A DNA stretch of 64,000 nucleotides from Trypanosoma brucei (lineage: Eukaryota): assembly GCA_000002445.1 (NCBI GenBank), contig CM000208.1, positions 3,360,001 through 3,424,000 of the forward strand, in the 5' to 3' direction. The position numbers were made by a program, and so were the translations under genes. The notes under the pieces were generated by a model. That model saw nothing but the letters and a program-made list of their open reading frames with translations. It made no database searches and was not told where the DNA came from. Positions 45,194-56,474 of the stretch are shown here, piece by piece (position 1 is the stretch's first letter; each line of letters opens with the position of its first letter).

Positions 45194-45812
45194 GAAGGTG
45201 TCAGTGTTTCGCTTCTGCGGATAACCCCAACAATAACCCCTTTTTGGATGCGGCTTTGCTTTTCAATGTTCACAGGTTATGCTCGAAAAAATTTCCCCTC
45301 TTTCACCCCCTCCTCCTTTCTTTAACACGAGATTACCTTAACTTGTACGTATACACACGTATATACCCCCGTCCGACTTGTTATGATGAAATGCTTCCTC
45401 TCTTTTCCTCTCCAGATGGTCTGGGCAAACCAGACACGCACACAAGAGCAAAGAAAATACCAAAAAAAACCGACGGAATAAGCGCTGCTTACCGTTTCCT
45501 TAACCGCCGCGAAAACCTAAAAGAAGCCACACTGATGCACTCAGGGACATTAAACGGGGTGTGGAAGGGAACAACACGAAAAGGCGGAGCGATGAAGTAC
45601 AGAGATGTGTAAGCGGTGGAAACACGAGGAGGGGAAAGAGCAAATTCAGAACGTGACAGTGAGGTAAGGAAGGTAAGGCACTGGGACTGACAAACGCAAG
45701 CATAACATCTATTCTCCACCCCAACACGACCCGCACAAAAGCCATTAAAAGTCCGCACACTTATGCATACGTGGGTGCATGCAACACACGCACCTGTATG
45801 TGCAAAACCACG

Positions 45813-46826
45813 TCAGTTTTTTGCATGGTTGTCGGGGCGGAGGAATGGGAACTGATAATAAAGGGGCTCTAGCTCATCTTCCGTCATTGGTCGCTGTAAA
45901 CCACTTAACTGCAACAACTCCTCTTCAGACGATGCGTTAAGAGCTAGAGACGCAATAAAGGCGCATGTCAGTTGACGCAGTGGCTCCACAAGAAGAAAGT
46001 CACTCAAAAGCGCGACCTCCAGCAGCAGATCCACGGACCGCGGCGCCTTTTCCAAAATCGTTGAATAATAACTAGGTCTGGTGTCGTTTGTTGGAGCTCG
46101 TCCCCGTTTATCTGCGGTACCATCTTCGTCAATATGAGTTATGGCGTTCCTTACGTCGTCACCCATACAGCTGTACAGTAGGAATTCCAACTCCCACGGT
46201 TGCACAAGTTCTTCAAGGGGAGCACGAAGCGGCTTACTGAGCATGCTCGGCACCCGCTTGGTAATTAAGTCCAGGTATGTGAAGAGCGCCACACAACCCT
46301 TCTGCGTCGCTTGCGGTAGTATCACTGGTGGAAGGGAATTCGCAGGGTTCCCCTCAGTGCCGTTTGGCCTGCGCCCCATGTTGGGATCTTTAGGATCATA
46401 GTGCAGTGGCTCGAGCTGCAAATCTGAGGAATCCAACATTGTTTCCAACAACCGGCAGTACCGTGCCCCACGCACATGCAGCGCGAACTCATGCCGCTGT
46501 ACCGCTTCCTCTTTCGAGTTGATTAGAGACATGGCATTGTCACCCCATTTTTGTGTAGCGGTCACCGGGGGTCTTGGCCGGACATTGGTCTTCGTTGGGC
46601 TCCTTCGCCCATTAACTCTTGCAGACCTTTCCCTGCAATTTCGAGCACTGTGCAAGGTTGAACCTTCACTATCGGGGGGCGGTGGCGCCTTGCTGAGGGC
46701 AACCAACCTCAAGTACTCCTCTGATGGCAGCGGAGCATTGGGTGTTAGTTGAACAAAAATTGGCCGAATACCACCTTCGTTGCCTCCGACTCGGTTACTG
46801 TTTTCCACATCATCGAAAATGACCAT
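45813..46826 (-). CDS. Hypothetical conserved protein (337 aa)
   Basis: Uninterrupted ORF on the cluster strand with coding-like composition. No recognisable motif. Confidence 0.55.
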   Translation of the reverse strand: MVIFDDVENSNRVGGNEGGIRPIFVQLTPNAPLPSEEYLRLVALSKAPPPPDSEGSTLHSARNCRERSARVNGRRSPTKTNVRPRPPVTATQKWGDNAMSLINSKEEAVQRHEFALHVRGARYCRLLETMLDSSDLQLEPLHYDPKDPNMGRRPNGTEGNPANSLPPVILPQATQKGCVALFTYLDLITKRVPSMLSKPLRAPLEELVQPWELEFLLYSCMGDDVRNAITHIDEDGTADKRGRAPTNDTRPSYYSTILEKAPRSVDLLLEVALLSDFLLVEPLRQLTCAFIASLALNASSEEELLQLSGLQRPMTEDELEPLYYQFPFLRPDNHAKN

Positions 46827-47231
46827 GGGTGACTCTCCTTCTCAAGCGGTTGTTCCTTCTTCTGAGTGGTAGGATCCGTGTAGCATACGTTTTTTAGAGG
46901 GCGCTGGTAAGCCGGCGACTCAGCACACAAATTAATGTGTTGCGTGGACGCACAACAAACGCGGAGTGACCCAAATGTTGTTTCTGCGGTTCCGTTTCCT
47001 TAAATAGCACTCCCGCAGCCTTTTACGCCTTATCCGATTGCGTCTAGAAACTCCTCCTTTTCGCACGTGGAATGTTCTGACGTTACGCGCGCCCTTATCT
47101 ACCTCAACACCGACCCCTTAGCTACTTACCTGCGTGAATCAAACCCTTCAAGCAGTGCGTGAATGTGTATATGCGTGTGTGCAAGGAAGGAGGAAACGAA
47201 AGGTAATAAAGGTCAGACAAGTGGTGTAACC

Positions 47232-47371
47232 GGGGGGGGGGTTCTGATACGGCCCACTAGGTGGTAAACACGAGTACAATTCATTCATTAAACAATTTCT
47301 ATGTAGGGAGCAAGGGACGTAGAGGCACAGCGTGCGCTGAAAATTTTAATACACAGTCTTCCCCCCCCCCC
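47232..47371. repeat. Inverted homopolymer pair G10 ... C11 (about 120-bp spacer)
   Basis: Runs read directly at 47232-47241 (G10) and 47361-47371 (C11). They lie in the 1.3-kb intergenic region upstream of the ARM-repeat gene. Confidence 0.85.
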
Positions 47372-48110
47372 TACGGATGGGTACAGGCTGTGCTCTTTCT
47401 GGATTCATAATTTGTGATGGTGATCTTGTACTGATGTTTCCCCTCTATACACCACGCTAGCGCATGGGCACATACCAGTCTGACAACAGTGAGGAAGGAG
47501 TATAATCTACTACATGTGCTCCCTGCTCTTCTTTTGCAAGGTGATCCTTCCCTTCCCCCCTTCACCTGACCTCACAATAAACATTTGCTTGCGAAAACAC
47601 AACAACAACAAAAAAAAAAGAGACAGCCGCCATCGGCGACGAACGCACACTAACACCACGCGAGGAGACTCAGGGCGGTGACCGCTCCCCAATCCTCCTC
47701 CACTACCCCTAAGGGGCAGCGAAGAAAAATAGAATGAGAAAAAAAACAACAAAAAAGTGCTCTGGTGCGTGAATCCAGTAGTGTAAGAGAGGGGTTAGGG
47801 GGAACTGACAAAAAAAGGAAGGAAAAGCGAAGGCAAGGAAGACATGCGAGCAAATATATGAGAAAGCAAACACATCCTCACCAGAATGCGGAAGTGCCCG
47901 AACATTTTGTAGCATGGAACGAAATGAGGTGCGGGTAAATGTATGCGTGTCGCCACCGAGTTAATCACATATCACTGGCAGAAACAGGGCAGGACCAGAA
48001 GTAATGCCCGCGCAACGAAAGTTGAAAATATTTCTATCCACCACCCCTTTACCTCCTAACACATCTCCCTTGTTTCGTTCCATAGCCACTTCACGTCCCT
48101 CCGCGCAACG

Positions 48111-51100
48111 CTAACGCTTTCGTGCACGGGCAAGCGAATGCAGCGTCATTGCTGCTGCTCTTCGAACGGAGTCAGTAGAACCCCGCTCCGCAAGGCCCCC
48201 AAGGACTTCCACCGCATCCTGAGCAATCAGGGAATCTAACGCTGTGGCATGTCCACACAAGTTTTTAACACAAAGCACCGCCTCGCGAGCACAGTCCTCG
48301 GAACCGTGCTGAATAATGTACAGCAGCGAGTTTGTGAAGGATGAGGCTGCCGCGGTATTTCCCTTCGCATTCGGGTCCTTCCACTCGGCGACACAGCAAA
48401 GATTCTCGTCATTCGACGATGTGCTATTGCGAACTGCCAGAAGGCCATTCAGTACAGCATAGGCATGTGACACCGTGTTCTCTTTCTTGACGGTACCCGT
48501 ACCAAAAGTGCTTGAAGAAGTTGTCGCGCGGTTTACCGTGATAGTTGATGCTGTCGCAGTTGCAGTGTTAGCCGCTGATGCAGCGCCACTCGCACCCGCC
48601 GACTGGGGTGGGAAGGCAAGCGGCGCCTTCTCCGCAATAAGTTGAAGAAGGGCATGCAACCCGCCAAATTCACGCAGTTTTGCTCGGTTTTCTCGGCTGT
48701 TTACGGTTAATGACGATAGTGCTCCAGCAGCCTGTTCCAACACTACAGAAGGCTGGTCGGGCTCTAGCAGGAACCGGCAAAGGAGCTCTAGACCCCGTTC
48801 CTCTCGGGGCACCACCTTGTCGTCCCGCGAAAGATACCACAGAGCCGAAGCCACCGTCTCTTTGAGCTGAAGCGATGGTTGTTGCTGCTGCTGGCTTTGT
48901 GAAGTGTTCGACGAAGAACGCCTGGTGTTTTGACAACTTTCAGGGTACTGGTAGCAGTCGTCCACAACGTATACAAGTGCGCGCACAACTCCAGCCGAAA
49001 CCATCGTCTGCCTATTTTCCTGCACAGTCGAGCAGTTGCGAAGAATACCAACTATCTTCTCCTTCACACTCAACATCACCGGCACCACCACCTTCGCATT
49101 CTTCTCTTTTGCAGCCGTGGTTGATGATATTTCCAAGATCTTTGTTAGCAGAGGTATTCCCCCACTCAGTCGCACGCTATGCTTTATTTCAGGGGATATG
49201 GTGAGAATCCATAGGGTTGACGCTATTTTGTCAAGCGTTGGCATAATTATGCTCGACGGCTGTTGCACAATGCCTTGTTCAAGCTTCTTCAACAACAGTT
49301 CTACTCCACCAGCCTCACGAATAACTGGCTTATTTTGGTCGTTGATGGCACAGTTACGCAGTGTACCAGCCACATTATCAAGTATTTTGTCACTGATGGG
49401 AAGGTTTCCCCCGAGGTCATCCTTTGACCCTGAAGTAGTTGGAGCTTCGTTTCTCGACCTGCGCGGGTTGGTAGTCTGTGATTTCCTGTCTAGAACAGAT
49501 AAAAGCACAGGGATTGCACCCGCCTTGCGGATGGCGGGTCGCGTCTCCACTGCGGCACTGCAGTTCCACAACGTGCCGGAGGCGTTCTCCACAACACTCA
49601 CACTCGTGCTTTTTGCTATAAGATGGGCAAGCTCTGTGATACCACCATATTCAAGAATCTGTGTTTTGTTTTCGGAATCGACGCTAAGATTCCACAGTGC
49701 TCCAGCGGCGTTCTCTTGCACAAATTGTTGCGGGGAGCTTAAAAGTTCTATCAATGCGGGAATGCAGCCAATGTAACGAAGATAAGTCCGGTTCTCAGCG
49801 TTGCTGGCGCAGTTCCACACGGCCCCCGCTACCTTCGTCTGAATGGACTCATAGGGATGACGTAGTGTCGCAGTCAACTTCTCTAATCCGCCTGCCTCGC
49901 GGATGGCCACCTTAGAAGCCTCTTCTCGAGTGATATATCCAATAGTCATGGCAACATTCTCCAATATTGGTATAGAATCCGTATAGAGGAGATCGAGCAC
50001 CGCCCGGAGACCGCCGAGACGCCGCACCTCGTCACGCACCTTGTCTTCATCGTCATTGCGTGCTAAAAGGCTCCATAGAAGCACAAGTGATCTCTCAAGC
50101 ACTGCTTCCGAAGTGCAGGATGCTACAATGTTTACCAACGGCTGCAGACCACCTGCGGCAATGAATTCCTTCCTCCCATCCGGAAGTTGCCTCCTTCCCT
50201 CACCTGCGGGGTCTAGCACTTTGGAGGAAAGGCTCCTGCTGCCGCTGTTGGCGTTACTATTATTATTGTTATTGTTGCTGTTGATAATGAGAGGTGAAAG
50301 ACACTCCAGAACCTCGCACTTCACATCATCGTTGACGCTCTGAAGAAGGCGAATAAACGTGGTCACAACCGCACCATCCTTTAGCATTGTGTGAAGAAGT
50401 GACACGGCCACTGCCTCAGGTATCAATGTGGGTGAGCGCGACATGGGAACTGAGGGTGAATCAACCGTGCTTTGATTCCCAAACGCGGCTCTTACAACAT
50501 GCCCAAGTATCCGCAGCTCAGCCAGTTGTATCGGCGGGCGCGGATGCAAAATGTGCTTTAGCAAACCAACGAGAACTGTCGATACCTCCTTTTGTTGTGT
50601 TAACGTCCATGAAGACCTGCGGAAATTTTGTTCGTCATAACTCTCAATCGCATGTAGAAGAGTTGTCTCCTTCACATCGGGTAAACGTAACATAGAGAGG
50701 AGTGCATTCCCACTCGGACAGTTATTGTTGCCACTTCCACTACTGCCTCGAAACGACGAGTTCCCTTTGTCCGGTGGAGACCGGCGCGCTTGAATGTCGC
50801 CTTCGCTGCTTGACGACTCCTCGCTGCTTTCATCGGGGGCTACCTTTTCGCCTCTCTTTTCTCCTGTAGTATCAGGCGAGCTCGCGTCACCGCCATTTTC
50901 CGCTGGCATTCGTTGCTGAAACTTACCTGACACAACGGAGCGAGCGGAACGCCTTGGTGAGTTGGAGCTGGTTGGAACCTCGTTAGGCCCATCAATGGTG
51001 GCAGCGGCAGCAACTTCCGTGGTTGCGCCGACGTTCTCGCGCGGGGAGCGGCCAACCACATCGACCTCGCGCTCGAAGAATTCAGGCAACTCACCCATCA

Positions 51101-51512
51101 CCAACATGTTCATAGCAGTCTTGCAGAACGCCTTTTGTTGTGCCACCTCCTGGGCGCGACGCTCCAGTGACTGCAGCTGCGCCTCGACACGCGCCACCTC
51201 CGCTCGAAGCTTATCGTATGTGAGACGCACCGCCTCCATGTCTCGCAGTATTGCTTCTTCCTCGTTCGTAAGAGCCAACGACCGTTCAGCCACTATATCA
51301 CTTAAATGAGACATGGCCGAAGCAGCACGCGATGACAAGTCGCCATGGGCGAGGCCACCATTTGAAGAGCGCTGCTGCTGTGCCTTTGATGACTCACGAA
51401 TACTACGGACGAATTTCGAAAGCGGGCACTGGCCAGCCTCGTCGCCCTCTGAGAGTACAAGAACCAGTGCCGCAATGCGACCGTTCAGCATGTTCGGAGA
51501 AAGCGAGCACAT
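48111..51512 (-). CDS. Armadillo-repeat protein (1133 aa) with N-terminal coiled coil
   Basis: Repeated ARM consensus (GALWNLS, GTLWNCS, GAVWNCAS, NVAGTLRNCA, ASALWYLS). Helical 42-residue periodicity, with poly-N and poly-Q tracts. Confidence 0.8.
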   Translation of the reverse strand: MCSLSPNMLNGRIAALVLVLSEGDEAGQCPLSKFVRSIRESSKAQQQRSSNGGLAHGDLSSRAASAMSHLSDIVAERSLALTNEEEAILRDMEAVRLTYDKLRAEVARVEAQLQSLERRAQEVAQQKAFCKTAMNMLVMGELPEFFEREVDVVGRSPRENVGATTEVAAAATIDGPNEVPTSSNSPRRSARSVVSGKFQQRMPAENGGDASSPDTTGEKRGEKVAPDESSEESSSSEGDIQARRSPPDKGNSSFRGSSGSGNNNCPSGNALLSMLRLPDVKETTLLHAIESYDEQNFRRSSWTLTQQKEVSTVLVGLLKHILHPRPPIQLAELRILGHVVRAAFGNQSTVDSPSVPMSRSPTLIPEAVAVSLLHTMLKDGAVVTTFIRLLQSVNDDVKCEVLECLSPLIINSNNNNNNSNANSGSRSLSSKVLDPAGEGRRQLPDGRKEFIAAGGLQPLVNIVASCTSEAVLERSLVLLWSLLARNDDEDKVRDEVRRLGGLRAVLDLLYTDSIPILENVAMTIGYITREEASKVAIREAGGLEKLTATLRHPYESIQTKVAGAVWNCASNAENRTYLRYIGCIPALIELLSSPQQFVQENAAGALWNLSVDSENKTQILEYGGITELAHLIAKSTSVSVVENASGTLWNCSAAVETRPAIRKAGAIPVLLSVLDRKSQTTNPRRSRNEAPTTSGSKDDLGGNLPISDKILDNVAGTLRNCAINDQNKPVIREAGGVELLLKKLEQGIVQQPSSIIMPTLDKIASTLWILTISPEIKHSVRLSGGIPLLTKILEISSTTAAKEKNAKVVVPVMLSVKEKIVGILRNCSTVQENRQTMVSAGVVRALVYVVDDCYQYPESCQNTRRSSSNTSQSQQQQQPSLQLKETVASALWYLSRDDKVVPREERGLELLCRFLLEPDQPSVVLEQAAGALSSLTVNSRENRAKLREFGGLHALLQLIAEKAPLAFPPQSAGASGAASAANTATATASTITVNRATTSSSTFGTGTVKKENTVSHAYAVLNGLLAVRNSTSSNDENLCCVAEWKDPNAKGNTAAASSFTNSLLYIIQHGSEDCAREAVLCVKNLCGHATALDSLIAQDAVEVLGGLAERGSTDSVRRAAAMTLHSLARARKR

Positions 51513-52619
51513 GAGTGAACACAGCTACGGCAAATAGGGGGGGGGGCAAAAAGTATGCACTCACACTCTGCGGTATGATAAGAAGAAACGACCAATGATA
51601 TTGATAGCGCGCTCGACACCGGGGACAAATTATTGCTCCTTACCGGTGCTTCAATTTTTCTTCTAAGGTCTACACCCTAAACTAAAGGTAACCCTACAAA
51701 AAAATATGTAGATTCAATAGAGCAATGGGAGTATGGGTTCTCGCAAAATAAAAAAAAAGGTGCAAAAAATTGTGAATACGTACCACGTGCGAGACATGTT
51801 TTTTTTATGATGCTGTTAACAGCAATTGTAGTTTCGTTACGGCTTCCTTCCTCTCACTTCATATATATACAGTAAAAAAATTCGACAACATGATCGTACA
51901 TTCTCAACACATTCCTACCTTTTTGCTCCATACCATTAGCTCACTTCAATCGACCTAGTATACATTGCAGTATCGCTCTCGCTGTGAAGGTGATGACAAT
52001 AACATTTATAGAAAGAAAGCCCTCCTCAGTTGCTCTCGCACACTAACATTTCAAATAAACAGCATCGGTTAATTCAACACGACAGTCGACACACTTACGA
52101 ACATCCGCTAATCATACCAGCGACCGAGGCTTCTTTGATCCGTACCACCTGTCAATAGCTAAACAGAGAATTGACGTAAACTTTGCCACGCTGCGAAACG
52201 TCAAGAAGGAGAAATTGGAGGAAAAAAAGAGAAAGTGATATCGTTCACGATGATGTTCAGACGGTATCCTCGCTCAAGGTCTGTGAAGTCGTGAGCGACA
52301 CCAGTAAAACACACACTGTAGAGCAGTAGCGGTAGCAGGGAGTGATCGCCCACACTGCCTTCTTAAACGTAAAATTTTTATACTTTCATGAGAAGGAAGT
52401 GGTTAGCCACTCCTGTTAATGGCGTTATAATAGTTTAGTTACACATGAAGTAGAACACCAAGGAGCCAGGAAAAGTTTCCCTGCGGAAGGGATCCACGAC
52501 ATCAGAACTGGATTTGCGCATAGCCCGAAGGTGTCAAACAGTGCACCTACGATTGCACATGGACACTCATATACCGTATTCAGGTCACGCAGAAGACAAA
52601 AAATGCTGAGTGTGAGCAC

Positions 52620-55600
52620 CTACACGCGTGTTGTTATCTCACCTTTACGTCTCTTGGTCTTTGCAACCTTCTTCCCACGTAGCGAGAGATCAAGCGGCGC
52701 CACCACGTGACCTTGCCGTACTTCCACACGTGGCTGGTTTGCTTCCTTGAAAGAAATGGCAGAATTCCACTCAGGACCGTACGGGTGCCGCATTGAACGT
52801 GCAAACTCAGTTGGGTTACTAAAAGGGCGCGGAATCATGTGCAACAACATCCGATCTGGCACAAGCTCTACACCGTCATGATTGATGATAACATGATCAA
52901 GCGCGGCATCGGCACGGCTTTTTAGCAACGTTGTCTTCTGGATTTCTCGCTGTAGCTCCATTTCATGTAACTTCGCCTGATGCTTAATATTCAGGCGGGG
53001 GTCACTCCCTCCCCACTCCCCCCACCCGGGAAGAGTGGCGTTCTTGTCCACAGGCTTCATGATGTTGGTTACTTGTGCAGTCTTCTCAGCAAGAAAGTCG
53101 GCATCGACATCATCCTGCGCGAATGCACGAGCGATAAGATACTCCTGCTGCTTCAGAAGGGCTTCCTCATCGTCTCCTTCCTCCCGCGAATTTTCTTGCT
53201 GAGCGACGCCCATTTTGTTGGTGGGGTTTGACGCAGTTGTCCCCTTTCTCTCGCTTTCGCCAAATGAAGAGGACTGATCTCGAGGTCGCTTAGTCACTTT
53301 AGGGAGGATAGTTGTGCGCGTGCTGATCGATCTCTTTCCCGCCGTGGAAGGTGTGGGGGTATCTATGCTTAACGCGGGAGGTGGAACAGTTTTGGCCTTC
53401 CGCAATCCGGCAAATTCACCTTTTGGCTTGGTCCTGTCCACCTTTCCCTTCACAATAGGAGCAGGCCTAGTATTCTCAATCACAGCCTCATCATCACTTC
53501 CGCTCTCTCTCATCGGCCCCTCTTCATCCCCTCCTTCAGACGACTCACCGACGTTGTTCTGGGAGGTTTCTTTTTGTTGCCCCTCTCTGGCATCAATACC
53601 GCGCCTGCGCTTAAGTTGGATGTTTTCCATCACCTTAACAGTTGTTTTGCCACCATCCTCTTTACCCTCTTTCTGGAAAGTTAAACGACCGAGGCTAGCG
53701 TTGGACTTCGCGGGGAGACTACGGGGCGCTCCGACACGCCTGGGTTCAGCCGCGTCCAAATCCTCAACGTCCTCAGGGAAATCGGACGGCTCGTCGTCAC
53801 TGTCGACGGCTTCACCACATGCTTTCCGGCGAATATCCTCCTGAATTTGATCCAATACCTCCTCGTAGCGTTTCTCCTCGCGCTCCTTTGCTTGTTGCAT
53901 AAACTTCATCCCACGTAGCTCAGCACGTGCCTTTTCAGTTGGTGTCATGTTGGCCGCTGCAACTACCTGACTCTCCTCCACATCATCATCAACACCGCGC
54001 CAAAGAAGAGAGGTCAACTTCTTTTTACTGCTATCGGTGCCGTGGGCCCCTTCTTGGCCTGAAAGTTTTTCAGTGGCATCAGCAATGATACGGTCAACCA
54101 CACGTTCTTCCTCACTTGAAGCCTCGCTCCCACCGCCATCCTCATTTGCGGCATTAAGAAAGGCATCGGCATCGGCATCCTCCTCCATTTTGCGCATAAG
54201 TCGGTCGTGTAACATGTGTTGTTCGTTTATCGCATCCTTTGTGGCCTCGTCGAACTGGGCAAAACGTTTCGCGTGCCGCACCCACTTGCTTGTGTTTTTG
54301 TGCTTCTGAGTTATCCGCTCCTCCACTCGAGCCTTCATCAGCCTCTCGGCAAGTTTGGCGCGTGCCTTTTCTGGATGGAGCAGCTCAAAAGCCTTTTCCC
54401 GCCGCTCCCTCTCGCGCTCCTTTTCGTGTCGTAATATACGACGGTAAGTTTTGCTTTTAATGCGATTGACGCGGCGGCGGCGTGCGTTCTCATACGACAG
54501 CATCGCTTTCAACTTTGCCATATAACTCGTTGTCGGGGCGTCGCTCTCCCGGCCTCTGCGTCGGCACAAGTCGCCTGTGTCTTCAACACCGTCATCATTA
54601 TCGTTAGTGTCAAACGGTACGATGCCATCGCCCCTTTGCTCAGACACTAGTTGGGCTTTTGAAATTCCCGCCTTCGTCAGCAATGAGTTGACCTTTCCCG
54701 CTAACCGAAATGCGGACGTGCGCGTCGCATTTCCGGTCATACCATCTGTAGCAATTGACGTTGCAGAAGTGGTCGCTCCCTCATGTTTGTCCACGACAAG
54801 ATTTGCTTCAGCCGCTGCAACAATTGCACCTAGTGTCGACGGCACTGGATTGCTTTCTGGCATTCGCATAGGTAGTTGTATGTGCTTCGACTCATGGTAG
54901 CTTCGCAAAAAACTCTTATATTTCTCCAGGTCTTGTGACACCACCTCCCGAACTTTTTCGCGCATTGCTCTCTCTTTTGTATAATCGTCCACGTCAACGC
55001 TTATAAGGTTATTCTTGTTAGCCAAGCTCCGCTGCAACCTTGATTGCGCCGCCGTTTTGGGAGCTGCAGCAATCATTTCCTGCATAGCGCTACCGAACTT
55101 GCTATCTGTCACACCAGAGGCAGGTCCATAAATCGACTCGTCCTCCTCTGTTACCCCCGAGCGGCGGCGTTTCTTGGTAATTCCGTCCTCGTCGACTCTC
55201 TTCTTTTTCTTTTTTCTTCGAGTTGCAGCTGTTTCACCTCGGTTGCTGTCCTCAGCACCCTGGGCGGCATCGAGCATGTCGGCAATGTCTATGCAATCAT
55301 CATCATCATCATCGTCCTTTTCGTGGAAATCCAAGTCTTCGGGGCCGTCAATCTCGCCGAGGGCACGAAGCTGCTGGAGCAGCAGCGCATTATCTTCACC
55401 GTCCATATCGTCCTCTCCTTCACATCGTTTGCCACTTGGCTTCTTGCCGTTTTGCTTCGACCTCGCTTTTGGGGGAGCCAGGGCCTCACTGGTCCTCTTC
55501 TTGGTGAAGAAGTGCCCATACATTTCTTCATCGTCGCTATTGAAGGCTAAGTCGTCATCGATATCCTCATCAAATTCTGGAGGTATTAACGGATTGTTTA

Positions 55601-55775
55601 AATTTAGTACGCCTGATCTCTGCACACCGTCTCCGTCCCTTTCCCTGCGAGGTTTCCGCCCCAGCTTCATTTTACCAGTGGCCCTAGCAGCCGGCTTCTT
55701 ACTTATCTTGCCCCCACCGTTGCCATCACGGCGTAAGACCATCGGTACAGAATAGCTCAAATTTCTCGCACACAC
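52620..55775 (-). CDS. Utp14-like nucleolar protein (SSU processome component), tentative
   Basis: 1051 aa, highly charged with acidic runs. Contains the central block RRVNRIKSKTYRRILRHEKERERERREK, resembling the conserved Utp14 motif (SKKYHRIxKKER...). The remainder is low-complexity and K/E/D-rich. Confidence 0.55.
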   Translation of the reverse strand: MCARNLSYSVPMVLRRDGNGGGKISKKPAARATGKMKLGRKPRRERDGDGVQRSGVLNLNNPLIPPEFDEDIDDDLAFNSDDEEMYGHFFTKKRTSEALAPPKARSKQNGKKPSGKRCEGEDDMDGEDNALLLQQLRALGEIDGPEDLDFHEKDDDDDDDCIDIADMLDAAQGAEDSNRGETAATRRKKKKKRVDEDGITKKRRRSGVTEEDESIYGPASGVTDSKFGSAMQEMIAAAPKTAAQSRLQRSLANKNNLISVDVDDYTKERAMREKVREVVSQDLEKYKSFLRSYHESKHIQLPMRMPESNPVPSTLGAIVAAAEANLVVDKHEGATTSATSIATDGMTGNATRTSAFRLAGKVNSLLTKAGISKAQLVSEQRGDGIVPFDTNDNDDGVEDTGDLCRRRGRESDAPTTSYMAKLKAMLSYENARRRRVNRIKSKTYRRILRHEKERERERREKAFELLHPEKARAKLAERLMKARVEERITQKHKNTSKWVRHAKRFAQFDEATKDAINEQHMLHDRLMRKMEEDADADAFLNAANEDGGGSEASSEEERVVDRIIADATEKLSGQEGAHGTDSSKKKLTSLLWRGVDDDVEESQVVAAANMTPTEKARAELRGMKFMQQAKEREEKRYEEVLDQIQEDIRRKACGEAVDSDDEPSDFPEDVEDLDAAEPRRVGAPRSLPAKSNASLGRLTFQKEGKEDGGKTTVKVMENIQLKRRRGIDAREGQQKETSQNNVGESSEGGDEEGPMRESGSDDEAVIENTRPAPIVKGKVDRTKPKGEFAGLRKAKTVPPPALSIDTPTPSTAGKRSISTRTTILPKVTKRPRDQSSSFGESERKGTTASNPTNKMGVAQQENSREEGDDEEALLKQQEYLIARAFAQDDVDADFLAEKTAQVTNIMKPVDKNATLPGWGEWGGSDPRLNIKHQAKLHEMELQREIQKTTLLKSRADAALDHVIINHDGVELVPDRMLLHMIPRPFSNPTEFARSMRHPYGPEWNSAISFKEANQPRVEVRQGHVVAPLDLSLRGKKVAKTKRRKGEITTRV

Positions 55776-56474
55776 TTAAATGAAAGAAGCTCTACCACCA
55801 AACAGGTCTCTTCGTTGCACTTGCTAGACGGCGAGCGAAAGGGGCACCGCCAATGCGTTGGGTAATAGTGGAAAGGAGGGAAAAGGAGCCATTACATACA
55901 GAGTTTGGTCGAAAGGAAAAGAAAATAGAGTAAGAAAGGTGTTCAAAAAATATTCACTTCCTCATTGTTGTTGAGAACTCAATGATGAGAGACTACCTAC
56001 ATTTACACAACACATATGGTGCTCGTGCAATCAATGACTTTCTTTTTCCTCCTTTCCCCTGTCTTCGTTTCAAACTTGCACACACACACATACATACGTA
56101 TATATATATATATATGTAATTATCTACATTCCGCCGATACTCCGCACACAATAAGGTTACCTTCACCAAGAAGATCATACAAAAACCAATATCAGTACAC
56201 CTCTGCTTCTAAACGAAACGAAACTAGAAACAGAGTGGAAAACACGACCGTATATTTTGAAATCTAAACTCTAACTCCACCACTACAATCGTCCCAGCTA
56301 GTCGTAGTTCTGGTGCCGGCACCTTCACTTCCAACCATCAACAGCAGGTTGACGAAGAGGTATCGTATTCCATAGCTCACAAAAGGGTGGAGAGAAGTGA
56401 GTACGGTCCCCCAACGCGTATTGGCAAAAAGGGCTTCCAACGCCATATAATTTCACCCAATTTCGTAAACTCAC

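Noticed and set aside
47405-47500. C/D-box snoRNA-like arrangement on the plus strand (GUGAUGG/CUGAUGU ... CUGA about 45-60 nt downstream)
   Set aside because: The box matches are short and imperfect. I could identify no guide complementarity to rRNA. It lies on the strand opposite to transcription of this cluster, where trypanosome snoRNA clusters are not expected. It needs snoRNA-specific software to assess.
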